From assembly GCA_964016885.1 (NCBI GenBank), contig OZ024743.1, positions 256,804,001-256,868,000 of the forward strand: a stretch of DNA of 64,000 nt, in the 5' to 3' direction. The DNA is from Eledone cirrhosa. Taxonomy: Eukaryota. The notes beneath the pieces are model-generated. The model saw only the letters and a list, made by a program, of their open reading frames with translations, made no database searches and was not told the origin of the DNA. Below, one piece after another: positions 11,190 through 23,145 of this stretch. The translations under genes were made by a program, and so were the position numbers. Position 1 is the stretch's first letter. The number at the start of each line of letters is the position of its first letter.

Positions 11190-11945
11190 TCGAATGAATT
11201 AATTTAAATATATCTACTAAAATTCCTAAGCTCTTCTTTCTATTAGCGATAGGAACTTCCCACCTGGGCATAGATATCATAAACTAATTAACAAAAATAC
11301 GATTAAACTCTCATTCTCAACTACACCTAATGTAGCCGCCCGATTGTCTTTTAATAACAATAGGAAAATTAAAAGAACACACCAAATCCTTTAAAATGAA
11401 TAATAGAACACAACTTTTGAATACATACAACCAAATTAACGCTCCACGTAATAATATTAATAACCAAATACCTGGTAATATCCTAAGAACTAATATCCCC
11501 CAAACTAACTCTATCATTAATCTAAACTGTAACTGTAGAGATAAGAGACTATGCCCACTTAGCAGTAATTGCTTAACTAACAATATAGTATATATTTGCT
11601 CAGTTAACATCTCTAGAAATTCTAAACTTTACATAGGAGCTACCTCAAATAGTCTCAAAACAAGATTTAATCCCGATTTTCATTCTTTTAGAAAACAAAT
11701 TAAACACATGACATCATTAGCTAGTTTTATATGGGAATTAAAAAATAAGAACATACAATATGCATTGAATTGGGAAATATTAGGTAGATCTTCCGCATAT
11801 AAACCTAGCAATAGAACATGTATACTATGCCTCTTTGTGTCTCAATTAATCATTAATTCCCAGGCTAGCTTTTTAAATAAAAAGACAGAAATTTTTCTCC
11901 CCTTGCCCTCATAAATACTTACAATTATTTAAATATTACAAACCC
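11190..11945 (+). pseudogene. 5'-truncated Naiad-like PLE remnant (linker + GIY-YIG)
   Basis: ORF 11396-11914 has CNCRDKRLCPLSSNCL, NIVY...LYIGATSNSLKTRF, CILC and LNKKTEIF, homologous to the C-terminus of ORF 4997-7690. Confidence 0.85.
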
Positions 11946-12614
11946 AACAATGTCAATTTACAACCTTTACTTCATACAGCACATTACCTGATACTACTGA
12001 ATCCTTATTAATCTTATATAGGTTATATACTATATCTGTTTAATTATTATACTACTTTTTACCTTCTTCCTTTGACCTTAATAATAATAAATACTTTAAT
12101 ATAATTGATAGGGACACTTAATTCTATTGGTGCCATAATTTTGATAATTTCAGAGGATATAGCAGATAGAAGTTTAGAAAATATATTCAACTATGTCCAT
12201 ACATTTGAAATATTAATCCTGATATCAAATCCATAATATTGGAATAATGTTTCGGTAGATTAACACATTAATTTACTATAAAATATATTGATACAGAATC
12301 AATAAGTTATATTAATATAATGGACTAAATAAATTATATTTCATTATAATGTACTAATTTTCTTAAATTCAACACACACTTATATATATATTGACCATAT
12401 ATTAATAACCCTTAAATAAGTGTAAATGCTTAATATACATTAATTCAAATATATGTACTCAGCAATAATATTTAGATAATTAATTATCTACTTTGTAAAT
12501 TTAACAACGGTTCAACACATTAAATTACCCCCTATCTGTAACTGTAATCTTTTATCTTGATTTTCGGTGCATAAAATATATTATCTGTTCTTTTTTCTTG
12601 AGTGATATGTATTG

Positions 12615-12780
<166 letters not shown>

Positions 12781-12826
12781 ATAACAGATTATATATTCAC
12801 ATCTGCGTTCACTGATTGACTTTGTT

Positions 12827-12877
12827 AGTTTCAGAAGATCCCGTTAAGGGTGAAAACATCGATTATTTGCTTAAACT
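12827..12877 (+). ncRNA. Hammerhead-like motif with CAGAAGA core variant
   Basis: agttt-CAGAAGA-tccc gttaa gggt-GAAA-...-gc-TT-aaact; related copy at 14340-14390 (-). Confidence 0.45.
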
Positions 12878-13084
12878 TTAATATGTTATTTTAATAAATA
12901 TTTGCTCTACGGTTCTTTTATATTTGATATATTTATCCTTATCGAGCCCTCTTTGGATTTTAGTCTTCAAATTTATTATTATTACTATATATATATATAT
13001 ATAGTGGTAGAGCACTCAGTCCTTGGGACGAGTTAGGTGTGAAACAATTGTTCTCGGCATGGTGAAGTAACTGTTGTGTAACCA

Positions 13085-13144
<60 letters not shown>

Positions 13145-13290
13145 TTTTGAGTTTATGTTGGTTGTATACCAACACCTCAGTATGCAGGCTGGAGCACTCG
13201 ACGAAGTGCGCAGGTTGGTTTGGTTACTCCGGAGTAGTGTAAAATAAAGTTAAATAAAAGTCAAATGATTAAAATTTAGCTTCGTTTATT

Positions 13291-13345
13291 ACTGCTATAT
13301 ATATTTCAGTGACAGCCATCTTTGGCTGTGACCTCTTCAGGCAGT
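13291..13345 (-). ncRNA. Minimal hammerhead ribozyme
   Basis: Reverse complement of 13568-13622. Confidence 0.85.
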
Positions 13346-13567
13346 TTGAATTAGTATGGTATAGACAAGTACATATGTTGTTTAGGTGTATGATATTGTC
13401 AATACTCTGATATGCCCAGTTCCTTGTTGGGTTGTTAATTCACTGGGGAACTGGAGTCATATTCACCCAGTGAATTAACAACCCAACAAGGAACTGGGCA
13501 TATCAGAGTATTGACAATATCATACACCTAAACAACATATGTACTTGTCTATACCATACTAATTCAA

Positions 13568-13622
13568 ACTGCCTGAAGAGGTCACAGCCAAAGATGGCTG
13601 TCACTGAAATATATATAGCAGT
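13568..13622 (+). ncRNA. Minimal hammerhead ribozyme with palindromic stem III
   Basis: actgc-CTGAAGA-ggtcacagcca aaga tggctgtcact-GAAA-tatata-TA-gcagt. Confidence 0.85.
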
Positions 13623-13666
13623 AATAAACGAAGCTAAATTTTAATCATTTGACTTTTATTTAACTT

Positions 13667-13732
<66 letters not shown>

Positions 13733-14283
13733 ATATATAAAAACGTTGACGTTTCGTTTACATGTATTTAGATTTTTTCAATCTTTTACGGCTGTTTCGC
13801 AGAAGATTGGCTCAGGGTCATCCACATGAGTTGTAGACCGGACTCATTTATCGATCTGCTCTCCAGACTAGTGGTGTGACAAAAAATATACAGTTTATTG
13901 TCATAGGTGAGATGATGGATTTATATATAAGCATCGGCTCTATTTTTTGTGGGTGGGTACATGTGGGTGATGGATAGGTAGGGTAGATTTGCGCGTATAT
14001 ATATACCATGTGTTTGTCTGTGTAAGGATTCATGTGTGGGCACTTGTTCGTATGTGAATTGGACTTTCAAAGACTAGCTCTTTTGAAAACAGGAAGCTGA
14101 ATGGGAGGGTAAACATATAGGCACGGGTTTGTGGTGTGTGTCATGCTACGATGATCAAGATGTAATTTCATCAGTAGAGACAAATCGGAGTTACTGAAGC
14201 CTGGCACCAAGTAAATAAAAAAAGACAAATAAATATATAAATATGTTAAATACAGAGCGTGATAAAGATAAGTATAATTATAG

Positions 14284-14328
<45 letters not shown>

Positions 14329-14339
14329 TAACAGATTAA

Positions 14340-14390
14340 AGTTTAAGCTAAGAATCGCTGCTTTCACCCTTAATGGGATCTTCTGAAACT
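14340..14390 (-). ncRNA. Hammerhead-like motif with CAGAAGA core variant, probably the pLTR of the minus-strand PLE
   Basis: Minus strand: agttt-CAGAAGA-tccc attaa gggt-GAAA-gc...gc-TT-aaact. Confidence 0.5.
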
Positions 14391-15329
14391 AAAAAAATCA
14401 ATCTATGAACGCAGAAGTAAATTTTTCGAAAAACGTTGCAACCGAAGGAAAACAGGAAGACGATACTTTAGTTCGTGGAGATGTTCCCTGGCAATGAAGG
14501 GGAAAAAAGCGAAGATAATACGTCATTATTTTGAGCGGTGAAAACAATTACACGCAAAGACAAAACCACGTTTATGGTATAAATGAAGTCGTAGACTAGT
14601 ATTCTAATTAGGAAACCGAATGATTCTCGGCTTCAGAGTTAAGAATAATGTAAATAAATTACAGAGGTTATTGAAATCAACAATAATTAAATATATACAT
14701 ATACGCATCCATATACTTACATACACATGCATACACAGAAAACACCCGCCAAGGTATGCATATACAAGCACGTACACATACAAAAACATGCGCACACATA
14801 CAAAAACCCGCGCCACACCTGTACCCGCACACATACGAACGTATACACCAAATACACATAAAAAAATATATAACAAAATATATATGTGTGTGTGTGTGCG
14901 TGTATACATATAATTATATAAACGTATATGAATATACACACATAAATACGTATATAACGCACGCAGACGCATACATACAGGTAAATGCACATATGTTCGC
15001 TAAACGTACGTCAAATAAAATACAAAGTACACATATACACCCCTTACATACGTGCAAATCCGCATACACACACAAACGTAAAATACACGTATACACATAA
15101 CCATATACACATGTACCAGTATATATACTATAATATATACACCTATAACAAATACAAGCAAATATACGTACGAGAAAGTATACGTACCTTCACAAAACAT
15201 ACAGGTAATATATACTTACCTTTACAAATAAGTAATGGTATAAACATAAAATATACTTAGCTACCACATCAAGACGTAAATTATCCGCGTATTGTTCGTA
15301 CTATCCGTTAGGGTATAATGTGGGGCTGT

Positions 15330-17021
15330 AATACAGGAACGTTTTATGCAATTTATGTTTCCAAGCCGAAATTGCCTCAGATTTTTTGTTTAAGATGGTG
15401 TAGAGTATTTCCAGGGCCTCAGCAGCGCAGAGGTCACATGGTCTTTTTTTTTCGTTATACGATCTAGCCTCATCTACGATCTCCTATATTGGGTGTGGTT
15501 GTCTTTTAGACTCCAGATATAAGCTGAAAGTGACGTCATATTCCTTCTTAAAGGGTTAAGGAAACAATGGGTGTGCATGTAAAGACGCTGCGTGAATCTA
15601 CTGGCTGTTAACCCTATGTAGGCCCTACGGGACGTGGGTGTTTCAACCTTACATTTGTAGACAATGCTACTGGAGAGGCATTTCCCGGATAGGGGGCAGT
15701 CAACCCGATTCCTACAATTACAGTTAGTACTAGCTACAGGGTTGCACGTGTTCCTATGGCGAGGTAATTTAGCTAAATTTGTAGCAATGATGTTATGTGC
15801 AAGGTTAGGAGTCGTAGAGCAAAAACTTTTAATCGTATTTCTGTTGGGGAAAATGCTTCTTAATAATGGAGAGAAAGATCTTAGCTAATGGTGTGGCCAC
15901 CTCCATATTATATGGTGGGTTATACCATATAATGCGTCGGGATCTATTTTTCCTAGGTCTATGCTCATACTCACTATATGCTACCTTATCGACAAATTCA
16001 GTCCGAGCAATAGCTTCGTTGTAATATGTGGAATGGTGAGTGAAAATATGCTCGTTTGTAGATAGAGGGAAAGCCTCAAACAAACGTTTCTTACCAGGTT
16101 CGTTGTTATGCTGTCAGGATGATTAGAATGCTTACTTATGTAATTAAGCGTATCATTCGGCTTTCTATACGGGTGGTGCAGGCCATTCGACAAATTGAGG
16201 GTAACGTCGAGGTAATTAGTGATACATATATACACATACATACACACTAAATACATTCATGAAGGTATTTACATATATGTAAATAAATATATATGTATAG
16301 ACACAAACACACATATACATATAAAAGATATACCAGGAAATATATTTTTTGAATAAAAATTATATTAAAATTCATAAAAAATGATCTTGTGTTCTCTTGC
16401 TGCGGACGGGCTGAATATATGTTAGCATCTCACTGAAACCACTTTTTTATGCATGTTTGTTTATAACATTCGATATTAGGTCTCACCATGCAATTAGGGT
16501 TTGCCTCAACTTATCCATATCGTGCCAGTTACAGTTGAGGGACATGCCGCGTCCATCGTTTCTGTATAGTCCAAATTCAATGGCATGCCTTGGAGTTTGT
16601 TCTTTAATGTGTGTTACAGGTATGGATTGACAAGATCTGCCACCTCCACTCCGTCTAAATTGCCCATTGTGACATCGAAGAGTTCATCATCATGCTTCTT
16701 AAACTAGAAAGAGTCATTGTGGTACAGCAATGACTTCCTCACATTTAATATGTACGTCGTTGTTTGTTATGGTGGTGTAGTTTTTACCTAATTTCAGGAA
16801 CTGGAGGTGTAGTTCGAAAGAAATGGACGGGTAAAAATAGACAATGTCAAATTGTATAAATTTGCAGTTTTTGTTTGTCTATATGTCGTTGACACTTTTC
16901 ATAGTGGCATTGCTGCATTTCCATTGCTCGAAATTTGTAGATCTCCTGATGGTGGTGCTTATCCTGTGGAGAATTTTTTTGTTGACTTTTCCCATTTCAC
17001 ATTTCATGGAGCTGATTAGAT
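15330..17021 (-). pseudogene. Decayed Naiad-like PLE, 3' part (RT, thumb, GIY-YIG), interrupted by a microsatellite near 16220-16330
   Basis: NYLDVTLNLSNG...PYRKPND, RRIIWYNPPYN, LISSMKCEMGKVNKKIL, FDVTMG; stops and frameshifts. Confidence 0.85.
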
Positions 17022-17236
17022 CAGGCATGCGAAACATGCGGCTTGCGGACCACATGTGGCCGTTTACAAGCATAGCTGCGGCCCGCACTAGGGTTTTTAC
17101 AGCACGAAAATGTTTGATATTCGTAATATAAAATAAAAAATATTAGTTGTAATGTGTGCAATTATTGTCGTGTGGCCTCAAGACAACACATATGTGACCC
17201 ATGTAGAACTCGGGGATCTTCAGTTTCCCATGCCTC
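17022..17236 (+). mobile_element. Non-autonomous hAT MITE related to the element at 18995-21305
   Basis: Starts caggcatgcgaaa and ends tttcccatgcctc (degenerate right TIR); subterminal sequence matches both ends of the autonomous-type element. Confidence 0.85.
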
Positions 17237-17478
17237 ATCTAGACTATAATTTAACCTGTAATCCATGTTTCATTACTGTCGCACCTCATTTCTCCCCCCC
17301 CCTCTCTCTCTCTCTCTCGCTCTCGCTCTCTCTCTCTCTCTCTTTCTCATTCTCCCTGTGATATTTGAATCTACTATGATTTGGGCTTACCTTACTCATA
17401 CATATATGTTTTTGCATATCAGTTAGATTCAAACTTATAATGATTGGAATTATATATATATATATAGGAAAAAGTATG

Positions 17479-17575
17479 ACCCCGACGTCAGAGCTCAAGT
17501 GGTTTCGACGGCTATTTCTGCACTAAATTAGAATGTTTAGCCTGGTGAATAAATAGCCGAACTTTTCAAGGGGGT
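17479..17575 (-). ncRNA. Degenerate hammerhead motif
   Basis: Minus strand: acccc(c)-TTGAAAA-g..cggctattt...aaatagccg.c-GAAA-c...g-TC-ggggt. Confidence 0.45.
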
Positions 17576-17958
17576 ACTTCCTTATATGGGAAGATTGTAG
17601 TTGTCAAGAGGATTGGTTAAAATTTGTTGTAAACACAAATAAGTCTATCATGGCATTTGGTGGGAGGTAGGGGTGGCTGAACTTGCCTGCAAAACAATAG
17701 GGGAGTGAGTGGAGCGGTCAAGCGTTGAAAGTGAAATGTATACATCAGATTCTAGGGATAGTGTATGAAGTGGGGGAGGGAGGTTATAGAATAGGTAAAT
17801 CGAAACGTTTTCCTATTTCCCACTCTACTACCCTAAGTATTGAGTACTCTGGTGCGTTATGGTCTATTTGCTTCCTTACCACAATTCCTTTGTTATATAT
17901 ATAATTCCAATCATTATAAGTTTGAATCTAACTGATATGCAAAAACACATATATATCA

Positions 17959-17995
<37 letters not shown>

Positions 17996-18287
17996 TATAA
18001 CACATGTATATATCTTTGGGTGTATATATGTATATTTCTATAAATAATTCTGAAATAAGTCTACAATAATTTTTTCTAATTTAATAGCAAACCCTTAAAA
18101 GAAAAAAAAATGTAATAAGTATTTAAAATTTATCTAGCGTCTAAACTTAACGGCTCTTTTCAGTTTTAACGTTATCCTCATTGGCATATTTCTTTTGAGT
18201 GTTCAACGTCTCTATTCACTATTCTCACTGAACTTATAACATTACGTTAACATGAAGATATGTCACTATCTTAACACCAATTATTAT

Positions 18288-18346
18288 ATTTTATCTGACG
18301 AAAGCGTACTTAAATGTTAGTACCCTTGAAATGCGTATAATAAAAT
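18288..18346 (+). ncRNA. Minimal hammerhead ribozyme
   Basis: attttat-CTGACGA-aagcgtact taaatgtt agtaccctt-GAAA-tgcgta-TA-ataaaat. Confidence 0.85.
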
Positions 18347-18618
18347 AAATATGGTTTTATAAAGATACTTTCCATTTATTAATATTATTGATATATATAT
18401 ATATTCTTTTTTTTTTGTTAAAATAATTAAATTAAATTAATTCAACAGTTAAGCACACATAGGAATAATAAGGTTGTTACCGAAGAGCCAGAAGATTGAC
18501 AAGTCGACCCTAAATATGACTAATAGCTCTAGGAAATCCATGAACGCCACCAAAACATTTTAACTTTGATTTTGAAAGTAGATTTATAATTATTAATTTT
18601 CCCTATACATTTGTATCT

Positions 18619-18827
18619 GTCTCGGTGGCCTAGTTGGAGGACTCATAGATGGTGGTGATCCTGGTCTGAAGTTCGTTCCTGGTCAGGAGTAGGATTCCTG
18701 CTAGCTCTTTTTTTCTATGGGATGTAAAATAAAAACTGTAACATTTTACAAGCACCGCTTGACCAGGATTGGACCTAAGAACAGGATCTCCACCGTCTCT
18801 AGTACCTACCACTACGCCACTGAGACA
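18619..18827. other. Two inverted tRNA-like (Pol III A/B box) heads
   Basis: Plus 18619-18690: gtctcggTGGCCTAGTTGG...GTTCGTTCCtggtcag. Minus 18757-18827: gtctcagTGGCGTAGTGG...GGTCCAATCCtggtcaag. Confidence 0.5.
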
Positions 18828-18994
18828 TCTACGAAAGTCTATTGAGAATTCATACTTATAAACCTACTTTCAAAATTGTCAATACAAAATGATTTGGTGT
18901 CGTTCATGTCATTAATCCGACTTAAGGTCGACTTCTAAATCATTTGGCTGTTCCATAAACTACATCTTCGTTTTTTTTTCTCATCTATGTAGAC

Positions 18995-21305
18995 CAGGCA
19001 TGTCAAATACGCAGCCCTTTGAAAGCACACCTCCGCCTCGCACAAATGTTTTTACAGCGTGAGTACGTTTTATCTTCGTAATATAAAATGAAAAAATGTT
19101 CGATGCGATTGTTTTTATTTTTTGTGTGCGTTTTTTGTCAACTACTTTTAACTTCCGACGAATCATGTGCAACAGTTGTAAACAGAAAACTTTCTTTCAA
19201 GATTTCAAATGTTTTTTCTTTTAAAATTGCTAGTGCTCTTCCAGCTAAGAGAAAAAGGAAATTGAACGAAGAACGGAGAGTGTTTCAAGAAAAGTCGGAA
19301 TTACAGAATTTTTGCACAACAGTGAACGGAAAGATACACTGCTTAATTTGCCACAACTGCATCGCCACGCCAAAAGAGTACAATTTGAAAAGGTATTATG
19401 AAACGAACCATCGATCTTATAAATATGATGGCCCAATGCATGTTTCAAGACTCAAGGAATTGAGTTTTATGTAAATTCAGGAAGAGAATGTCGCTTCCGT
19501 TACTGCAAGCTATGAACTCAACCAAATGATCGCCATGAGTGGGAAATCTTACAGTAAAGCAATGCCTTGTAAAAACAGCTGAAATTGTATGTCCAGAGAA
19601 AAAACAGTTATTCAAAGTCATTTCATTAACCAGGAACACTGTTGCTGAACGGATTGATGAAACGTCAGGTGATCTGAAATAACAGTTGAAGGCTGTATCA
19701 TCAAGGTTTGAACATTTTTATTTTGCTATTGATGAGACCGTTGACATCACTGAAATAGCACAGCTTGCTTTCTTCATCAGGGCCTGTGACAGTGAATTTA
19801 ATATTTATGCAGAACCGATTGAACTGGTCCCATGCATGACACTACAGGACATCTTTGAGAAGGCCGAGCAGGTTCTGCATGACTATGGTTTTGATTTGAG
19901 TAAACGACAATGCTTATCTACTGACAGTGCTGCGAATATGGTTGGCAGATATAATGGTGTTACTGTCAAGTTACGAACAAAAATAGAAAACTCGCATCCA
20001 GATTCATCATTTGCACATTTTCACTGTATTTATTCATCAGCAAAATTTGTGTTCAAAGATTTTAAATTGCATCATGTGCTTAGCTTGGTCACAAAGACAG
20101 TGGACTATATCAGAGGCCATGCTCTCAACCGCCACCGGTTCAGCCAGTTGTTGGACGATATGGATAATCAGTTCACCGATGTTCCATTCCAAACAAAAGT
20201 CTGATGGTTGTCATGTCACAAAGTGCTGAAAAGATTCTATTTGTTGAGACAAGAAATAATTATGTTTTTGGAGATGAAAGGTCAAAACACAGATGAAATA
20301 AAAGATGAAAGTTGGCTCCAAGATCTGGCTTTTGCTCTGGATATTACTGTACAATTAACTGATCTTAATTTGAAATTACAAGGTAAAAACAAACTCATCA
20401 CTCAGTTGTATGATGACATCAAAGGCTTAATTAGAAAACTAAGCTTATGGAAGTCACAGTTGTGAAATGAAAATTTAGTTAATTTTCCTACGTGCATACA
20501 GCTGAAAAACACTGCCAATACTGATTATGTACTTAGCTTGCTAAGTATGACAGTCACCTCGAATTGTTATCAAAGCAATTTCAGGAAAGATTTTGTGATT
20601 TCTTATCTTTTGAACATCAGTTTGCATTATTCTCAACACCATTCACCTTTGATGTTGCCAGGTCAGAAGAAAGCCTTCAGATGGAACTATTAGAAATGCA
20701 GTCAGATTCTACACTCAGAGGAAAGTATCTTGAAGTGGGGATACCTGGTTTCTTTTCATACCTTGCTGAAAATGTTAAAACCTTCAGAACGTTTGCCACA
20801 AAGATTATGGCTATGTTTGGTTCTACCTATGAGTGGAAACAGTTATATTACTTCATGAAATTAACAAAAACTTCTCAGAGAACAAGGTTGTCTTGTCACC
20901 TCTGATCAAAGTCAGAACTGTACAGACATTTCAGCCAGACATACTAAAAAATGTCAACAAAAAGAGGTGTCAAGCCTCAGGACAAAACACTAAAAATGGT
21001 TGAATAGTAGCAAATAAATGTTCAGTTTTATTGTTGTAATTTGTTGTACAATGTATTTGTTGCTTTTGCAAGTTGCAAGTATATGTTACCATTTAAAACT
21101 TTAGTTTTTTGTCAAACCACTTCATTACATTGTATTCATGAACGCTTCTAAAACATTTGTATGTACATTGTATGTTCCGAAATTTAAGTAACAAATTTTT
21201 CTGCAAACATTTTATTAAATGACTTTAATTTGTTGTCTTGTGCGGCGCTCAGACAACACGTGTGACCCATGTGGCCCTTGAGGGATCCTCAGTTTGACAT
21301 GCCTG
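18995..21305 (+). mobile_element. hAT DNA transposon (Buster/Charlie/SPIN-like), full length, decayed
   Basis: 13-bp TIRs CAGGCATGTCAAA / TTTGACATGCCTG enclosing transposase fragments. Confidence 0.9.
19230..21003 (+). pseudogene. hAT transposase pseudogene (GTF2IRD2/SPIN-like)
   Basis: KRKL.EERRVFQ, BED-like CLIC...KEYNLKRYYETNH, FAIDETVD, TDSAANMVG, HCI, WLQDLAFALDI, AMFGSTY; multiple stops and frameshifts. Confidence 0.88.
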
Positions 21306-21850
21306 GATTAGACGACATTGTGAGTTTGCAGTAAAATTTTCTTTATGATCCTTCAGCAGGAGGTAGGGTTTTCGTGGTATGAGCCTCTAAATTCTTGCTG
21401 CTATTCCCTTGTGTAGCAAGCTTTTGTTTAATCTTTTACATCGTTGTACACCCTGCTTTTTTAGATATCCTTGATGTTACTGAACTGAACAGTAGTGGAT
21501 CATAGGATAGTTTATCTAATTCGTAGGTGTTCCTGGGTTTATCAACTAGTACGAATAGAGTACTTGACATTTTGGAAGGGAGTAGCTGCTCCTTGTTGTC
21601 TTGTTGGAACTTATTTGTGTATTTGTTAAATTTTACTTATTTAATTAGGTTCATTAGATCGGCTTAACACGGTAGCATAACCTTGTTGTAAGGGGGATTT
21701 TTTGTGAATTATATCCAAACATGTTCAGGAGGGAAGCAGGTGTATTTCTATTGGTGAAGTAGGCTTTCCATTTCATATGCTTGAGCGTCTTTTCAATGTG
21801 TCACTTGGTGTAGAAATCCTTAAGAGGGTTTGCAATGTTCTTTAACGAAT
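21306..21850 (-). pseudogene. 5' part of the decayed Naiad-like PLE, continuing 15330-17021
   Basis: Minus strand LKHMKWKAYF...LIPRKPYLLLKDHKENFTANSQCRLI joins SSMKCEMGKV at 17021, matching FTLKDHKVDFISNPSVRLICPSKSDI in the intact ORF. Confidence 0.85.
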
Positions 21851-22175
21851 GTACTCACAATTTCATCAATTGAAAGGTGAAAAATCCACTGGTCATCAAT
21901 TAATAATAAATTCATAACCAGCAAATTGCAGACAAGGGAATTCTCATCAGCCAGTAATTATATGAGGTATTTCCAAATATCAACCTTTCTACTGAATTTT
22001 CAGGTTGCTTCCAGTATCTCACGTGTATCATAAACTACTAGACAGTCAGCAAATGACAGCGGCAGGGATGGGCTGACTGGGATTGGCGGTAATGCTTGGT
22101 ATAGCAGAATAACTTCACCAAATATGGAACACTGGACCATAATTAAATAAAAACAAATTGTGAATTAATTATATA

Positions 22176-22218
<43 letters not shown>

Positions 22219-22323
22219 GAGCGAAAAATGGCCGGCTTTGCCACATTCAAATAAAAAGGAAAACAAATGTTTTTCTACATGTTCTACAATAAATGTAATC
22301 TGAGTTTTTTGAATATCAATAAC

Positions 22324-22428
22324 TGTTTCTACTTTTGGCACAATACCACCAATTATCTCAGTGCATTACTGGTACTTTATTTTATCGATCCCGTAAGGAT
22401 GAAAGGCAAAGTTAACCTCGGCGGGATT
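22324..22428 (-). mobile_element. Truncated tRNA-derived SINE (octopus-type)
   Basis: Matches 45435-45540; flanked by duplicated tttttgaatat.aataa. Confidence 0.8.
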
Positions 22429-22699
22429 AACTTTTTGAATATTAATAATAACATTCGATTTGTTTGCAATTATGCTTGTTTTCAATTATGCAAACAAGCC
22501 AGTCATTGATCGCTCGTATACAGGAAACTGACAGGCCAGTCTGCTGATATACAAATCTGGCTGATCAGTGGATCTGCTAATATGCAGATCTGACTGATCA
22601 GCCAGTCTGCTAATATGTAAATCAGGCCGATCCATCACTCTATATTTTAGAAAATAGCTTATATTTTCACTAGCTCTGACAGTTGGCAGGTGAACAATG

Positions 22700-22747
22700 A
22701 GCTGTACTGATGAAGGGTGATACCCAGAAACATTAGTGTCTGCAGTT
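22700..22747 (+). ncRNA. Hammerhead ribozyme motif
   Basis: agctgta-CTGATGA-a gggt gat accc a-GAAA-ca ttag tg-TC-tgcagtt. Confidence 0.75.
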
Positions 22748-22916
22748 CTGTTTACATACCGACACAAGAGCAAGAATGAAGGGTTCATTCTACTGACATG
22801 GCTTTAAAAATGAGGCTTGTTTGCATAATTGCAAACGAATCGAATGTTATTATTAATATTAAAAAAACTCAGATTACATTTATTGTATTCAGCCATGTAG
22901 AGCGAAATGTTATTAA

Positions 22917-22998
<82 letters not shown>

Positions 22999-23065
22999 AA
23001 TATATATATAGTAAACAATTGTGATGGCCATATGAAGTTGTCCATCAATTTATTCCAATGAGTTA

Positions 23066-23145
23066 TTGTTATACATATTTCTCTGTGGTCGATGATTAGG
23101 TGATATAATCAATATGTAACCAACGACCGGGGTTCATCAGATCAA
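23066..23145 (-). ncRNA. Degenerate hammerhead motif
   Basis: Minus strand: ttgat-CTGATGA-..ggtcgttggtta...taatcatcgacc..-GAAA-tatgta-TA-acaa. Confidence 0.55.

Larger units (their letters stand above)
13240..13673. repeat. Apparently perfect 208-bp inverted repeat (18-nt loop) of a hammerhead-bearing pLTR
   Basis: 13240-13447 is the reverse complement of 13466-13673; the block lies between (TA)n runs. Confidence 0.92.
22270..22905. repeat. Inverted-repeat pLTR relic with internal ~33-bp tandem repeats and a SINE inserted in the left arm
   Basis: 22285-22320 + 22433-22500 are the reverse complement of 22813-22890; tandem ctgct(g/a)atat...atc..ctgatc at 22540-22635. Confidence 0.7.

Noticed and set aside
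13020-13075. gaaacaattgtt resembling the 3' half of a hammerhead
   Set aside because: No recognisable CUGANGA core or stem II upstream
19088-20905. Similarity to the host gene GTF2IRD2 or ZBED-type domesticated transposases
   Set aside because: Intact TIRs, related MITEs and many stops show a decayed transposon rather than a host gene
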